IMG/VR virus record: IMGVR_UViG_3300031758_000011
Coordinates: 1 to 64,000 of that record
Reading direction: 5' to 3' (one strand)
DNA: 64,000 nt
From: an uncultured virus (IMG/VR IMGVR_UViG_3300031758_000011)
Taxonomy: Duplodnaviria; Heunggongvirae; Uroviricota; Caudoviricetes
Shown: piece after piece, positions 60,282 through 64,000 of the stretch
Layout of the letters: each line of letters begins with the position of its first letter
Position numbering within the stretch: the first letter of the stretch is position 1
Translations under genes and position numbers: made by a program
Notes under the pieces: model-generated
What the model saw: the letters and a program-made list of their open reading frames with translations, nothing else
The model's database searches: none
What the model was told of the DNA's origin: nothing

Positions 60282-61714
60282 TGAGATACCAAGAAAGAAT
60301 ATATTCACAAACACAACATTCTGGGCGTAGAAACAAAAAAGACAATAATGTCAACATGAGTTCAGATATATGTATTTTTCAATCACCTTTATTCAACATA
60401 ACTGGTGCGACAAAAATAGATTGTACTGGAACAACTATGTCTGCTGGTACTCACATAGTAACTACTAGTTTAACACAAACAATACCATTATCATTTGGGT
60501 TTACAGCAAACACTCAAACATTTATTGATACAGAAGCTACATTTAAATTTTCAATATATAAATACGAAGATGTTTTTACTGGGTTTACAACGACACCGAT
60601 ATTTTCATCAAACATTATTAGTTATTCAGCTTTTAGTGCGACAAATACAACAACACAATATATACCAACTAGTGGACTAACATTAGACGGTGAATACTTA
60701 GTTAAAGGATTTTTTGAATATAGTGCATGCACTGATTATTTAAGAAGGTTAGGTAAAAAAATAGACACATCATTTTATTTATTCGGAAATGAATATAGCA
60801 TTTACAATGGTGATGTTGATTATTACTTCTTAGCAATGACATCAGCAGCAACACCTACATTATTCACAGCTGGTCAAGGAATCCCAGTTAACTCATTATA
60901 CCAATCAGTAATATTACCAGAACCTAATACAACTCAAATATTATTACCTAATAATCCAAGTGGCGATTTTGTTGTAACATTAAATGGTTTAACTTTAGCC
61001 AAAGATTACGATTACATATACAGCGCAAATGTAATCACATTAAGCGCAGCAACTGTTGTTGATGATATAGTAACGTTGATATATGTACCTACAGAATCAT
61101 CACAATTAACAATTGATTATATTGATGTTGTTGGACCTATACCTAGCGGACCTACAAACGGTGAAGGTAGTAATAACTATTATTATAACACAACAACAAA
61201 TAAATATGAGGTTTATACATCTGTTAACCCAGATACATTATCAAAAATAATTGTAATGATAAACGGGGCTACATTAGCTGATAATGTTGATTATTACAAA
61301 TCAACTACTAACCCAAAACGTATTATTTTAGAAGGTGATATATATGATGGTGATATGATTACATTGGTTTATTTTCCTTTGATACAATTTTCAAATGGTA
61401 TAAACACAAATTTAGTAACGGTAAATTGGACAATAGACCCAGCACCACAAACAAACAATGGTGAATTTACATTAGAAGTAGGTTATGACAATACATTTAG
61501 TTCTTTTTATTTTACTGGAACGACAAATTACATTGAAAATGTAAATGTATATACAAATAGTTTTAACGTTACTGGTAGTGTTGGAACTCAATATTTCTAT
61601 AGAGTTAAAAATAATAAGAAATACACTACTTTATGTGGTGATGAAATAAACAATATTAGTTATAGTGATACCATTCCTATAAAAATAACAACTAATTCTG
61701 TAAATTCGTATTAA
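60281..61714 (+). CDS. Structural protein with repeated beta-domains and an FN3-like C-terminus
   Basis: Two V.LNG.TLA...DY..S...I.L......DD.IT..Y repeats, and a C-terminal VNW..FTLEV..YFYRVKN. Confidence 0.6.
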   Translation: MRYQERIYSQTQHSGRRNKKDNNVNMSSDICIFQSPLFNITGATKIDCTGTTMSAGTHIVTTSLTQTIPLSFGFTANTQTFIDTEATFKFSIYKYEDVFTGFTTTPIFSSNIISYSAFSATNTTTQYIPTSGLTLDGEYLVKGFFEYSACTDYLRRLGKKIDTSFYLFGNEYSIYNGDVDYYFLAMTSAATPTLFTAGQGIPVNSLYQSVILPEPNTTQILLPNNPSGDFVVTLNGLTLAKDYDYIYSANVITLSAATVVDDIVTLIYVPTESSQLTIDYIDVVGPIPSGPTNGEGSNNYYYNTTTNKYEVYTSVNPDTLSKIIVMINGATLADNVDYYKSTTNPKRIILEGDIYDGDMITLVYFPLIQFSNGINTNLVTVNWTIDPAPQTNNGEFTLEVGYDNTFSSFYFTGTTNYIENVNVYTNSFNVTGSVGTQYFYRVKNNKKYTTLCGDEINNISYSDTIPIKITTNSVNSY

Positions 61715-61785
61715 TATTATTTACTATTGAATATTTATAATTAAAATAAAAAAAAGATATAATAAAAAACAAAATATAAAATAAT

Positions 61786-63978
61786 ATGTCATATATTATA
61801 AAAAGTACAAGTCCATTTGTTTCAATCAAATTAACTGAAATAGGAAGAACACAATTAGCGTTAGGTAAACTTAATTTTTCTTATTGGGCTATTGGTGACT
61901 CAGAAATAAATTATGGTAGAGAAGCTATAGTTGATGCAAATCCTACAGACGTAACTTTATCAGCAACAAGTGTTATTTTTAGACCTTTTGATAAACAACC
62001 TAACTTAAAATCGTTTATCCTACCTTCAACAACTTCTGACCCTTTACAAGTTGTTGACAGTTCAATTATTAGTGTTGTTAGGTCAGTAGTAAACAACCAA
62101 GCAGACACAAAAGGTTTCTTTGATTATAGTGGTGGTACTTTTACAACCAAAACTGGTTCGACATATGTAAAATATACTTCGTTTAATGACCCTAGCGCAG
62201 TAGGTAGCTCTATATTTAGTGGAACAACAAGACTTTACATTAATTCTACTGGTATAACAACTGGTGATTATGTATTGATTAAATATAGTAACTATAAAGG
62301 AACACTTTCTGGTGGTACATTAACAGCAAATAGTAACGATAAACCATTACAAAACTTATGGTATAAGATTCAAAGTATGACAGCAGCCACTACTGGTTAT
62401 TATGTTAATTTAGATAGACAATTACCAAACTTCAATTTAAGTAACTTTAGTGGTTATTCACAAATTTTTGTTTATGGTGGTGGTGAAGTTAATGATACGT
62501 TTGGCGCTGAAACACAAACAGCATATTGGGATTCTAACACATTATCATTTGATTCGTTATGTCCAGTTAACTGTGAAGAAGTTCCAGTTTGGAATATGAA
62601 TAATGTATGGTGTGAAACGTTGGCTGGTGTAACTGGTTTATCAACAACAAACTTATACGAAGATTATACAAAATATGGTTCTTATAGTTATTTAGGTAGC
62701 AAATACCCTTATTTTAATTTACCTTGTATTTCTTCAGCTAACGCAATACAATTAACGAACCAAGCTTGTGATACTCCAGGTAAAAGCGTGTTGGATGATG
62801 TAACGAAATCAATCTCAATCATTCACTATACCAACAATATGGTGTCTAGTATTTACGGTGAGTTTTTCTACACTGATATAGTAAACAACAAATATCTTTA
62901 TTTAGATTTACCAGATTTGATGTATCACAGAAGAGATTTTGCTTCTGGATTTGGTACTCAAATGGGTATGAGATTTATCGGTAGTGGTATTACAAACGCT
63001 ATGGATAACGGTTTAGAATACATTGATTTAATAGAAGACCCAACAAGAATTCCATCAAGTGAAACTCCTTTGGTTGTAGGTAAAATATTCCCACAACTTA
63101 AAACAGTTGTTTTCCATGACGATGAGATTGTTGCTGCAATGTCTTATAAATCAAATAGAAACTGGACGTTACCAGAATTAACAGCAACATTATCGGCACC
63201 AAGTGGTGGTACATCAACTGGTATTTTAGGTGTTAACGAAACAATGTATTTAACTTATTCATTGGACAATTTAGGTGTATCATCTGGATTTACTTCAGCG
63301 TTACCTTGTCAAAAATACATTAAAATCACCAACACAACATCAACAGCTAAAGATGTTCAGTTTATGATTAATAGTGTTGATTTATTACCATATATGAGAA
63401 AATTAGAAGATGTTTCATATGATGGTTATGGATTCCATGCATATAAATTTAAATTATTATATCAAATAGTAACAAACATTAATGACAGACCAGATTCTGG
63501 CCTTTGGAAACAATTAGATTACACATCAACAGCAATTACTGGTGTGTCTGGAGAAACAATTAACCCTAGTTTATTAGAGGTTCAAATACCATTAACAAAT
63601 GGTTTCGTATTAGATTTAATAAAAGATGCTTCTTCATCAATATTTGCATTAAATGGTTTAGTTAGTTATGTACCAAACATAAGCCCAAGTAACTTACAAT
63701 TTGGTGATGAAAGATTCTTTTACGGTAATTTAAACACACACATTGGTGCGACTATCTTTAAGACAATTTTTGATATCAGAGTTAATTCTAGCCAATTTAA
63801 TTCAACTACAAACATTACTAGAAGTAGTGACGTAACAACTAACCCACCAAATATTAAAGTAAGTGAAGTGGGTATTTATGATTCAGATAGGAATCTAGTT
63901 TGTATTGGTAAATTAAGCACACCAGTTGCTTTAGCCAATAATAATACAATAACATTAGAATTATCAATTGACTTCTAA
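61786..63978 (+). CDS. Baseplate / tail-fibre attachment protein (tail-collar fibre-like)
   Basis: N-terminal IKLTEIGRTQLA..WAIGDSE and C-terminal VSEVGIYDSDRNLVCIGKLSTP resemble the P2 gpH N-terminal/DUF3751-type fold, split by a large insert. Confidence 0.6.
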   Translation: MSYIIKSTSPFVSIKLTEIGRTQLALGKLNFSYWAIGDSEINYGREAIVDANPTDVTLSATSVIFRPFDKQPNLKSFILPSTTSDPLQVVDSSIISVVRSVVNNQADTKGFFDYSGGTFTTKTGSTYVKYTSFNDPSAVGSSIFSGTTRLYINSTGITTGDYVLIKYSNYKGTLSGGTLTANSNDKPLQNLWYKIQSMTAATTGYYVNLDRQLPNFNLSNFSGYSQIFVYGGGEVNDTFGAETQTAYWDSNTLSFDSLCPVNCEEVPVWNMNNVWCETLAGVTGLSTTNLYEDYTKYGSYSYLGSKYPYFNLPCISSANAIQLTNQACDTPGKSVLDDVTKSISIIHYTNNMVSSIYGEFFYTDIVNNKYLYLDLPDLMYHRRDFASGFGTQMGMRFIGSGITNAMDNGLEYIDLIEDPTRIPSSETPLVVGKIFPQLKTVVFHDDEIVAAMSYKSNRNWTLPELTATLSAPSGGTSTGILGVNETMYLTYSLDNLGVSSGFTSALPCQKYIKITNTTSTAKDVQFMINSVDLLPYMRKLEDVSYDGYGFHAYKFKLLYQIVTNINDRPDSGLWKQLDYTSTAITGVSGETINPSLLEVQIPLTNGFVLDLIKDASSSIFALNGLVSYVPNISPSNLQFGDERFFYGNLNTHIGATIFKTIFDIRVNSSQFNSTTNITRSSDVTTNPPNIKVSEVGIYDSDRNLVCIGKLSTPVALANNNTITLELSIDF

Positions 63979-63980
63979 AA

Positions 63981-64000
63981 ATGGGATTTAATAGTTCAGC
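63981..64000 (+). CDS. Start of the next structural gene (partial)
   Basis: An ATG 2 nt after the upstream stop reads MGFNSS.. to the window edge. Confidence 0.45.

Noticed and set aside
91..62108. Minus-strand and nested alternative-frame ORFs in the track (e.g. 11095-11787, 28359-28799)
   Set aside because: They lie inside long + strand genes and have the composition of antisense shadow ORFs.
3852..63978. Extracellular contractile injection system, tailocin or T6SS
   Set aside because: SSB, UvsX, exonuclease, helicase, RNR and a homing endonuclease are interleaved with the tail genes, and no bacterial housekeeping context is present. This fits a phage genome.
1..64000. Stop-codon reassignment, as seen in some large phages
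   Set aside because: Conserved genes are intact in the standard code, and TAG/TGA end genes at sensible places (7697, 8682, 28008, 32908).
1..64000. tRNA, rRNA or large ncRNA genes
   Set aside because: Intergenic gaps are short, AT-rich and explained by promoters, terminators or small ORFs. I saw no cloverleaf by eye; a covariance-model scan was not run.

Overview
The window is a 64 kb, very AT-rich, gene-dense segment of a large contractile-tailed (T4-like or jumbo myovirus) phage, coded almost entirely on the + strand in the standard genetic code. It has three blocks. (1) 1-27 kb, tail module: fibre proteins, tail sheath, tail tube, a free-standing Vsr/DUF559-type homing endonuclease, a gp26-like tail/hub assembly chaperone with an overlapping +1-frame partner, tape measure, tube initiator with an OmpA-like insert, a LysM/gp53-like wedge protein, and a 2253-aa hub with three C-terminal hydrolase-like domains. 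(2) 27-37.5 kb, replication and nucleotide genes: gp32-like SSB, RecA/UvsX, 5'-3' exonuclease, DnaB-like helicase and class Ia nrdB/nrdA. (3) 37.6-64 kb, baseplate and fibre module: gp25, gp6, gp7-like, giant Cys-rich proteins with SprB-like and PA14-like domains, and a three-gene paralog cassette. A-rich leaders without Shine-Dalgarno sites, TAnnTTTG-type promoters and SprB-like repeats suggest a Bacteroidota host (inference). The strongest leads are a candidate programmed +1 frameshift at UUU-UUU-UGG (10181-10189), a promoter-embedded 21-bp hairpin in front of the homing endonuclease, a recurrent TATTTAT promoter-like motif, an unannotated divergent ribbon-helix-helix gene with a candidate operator, the multi-enzyme hub and the MYxFD paralog cassette. 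I saw no tRNA, rRNA, CRISPR array, intron or intein. All calls come from reading motifs by eye; no searches were run.
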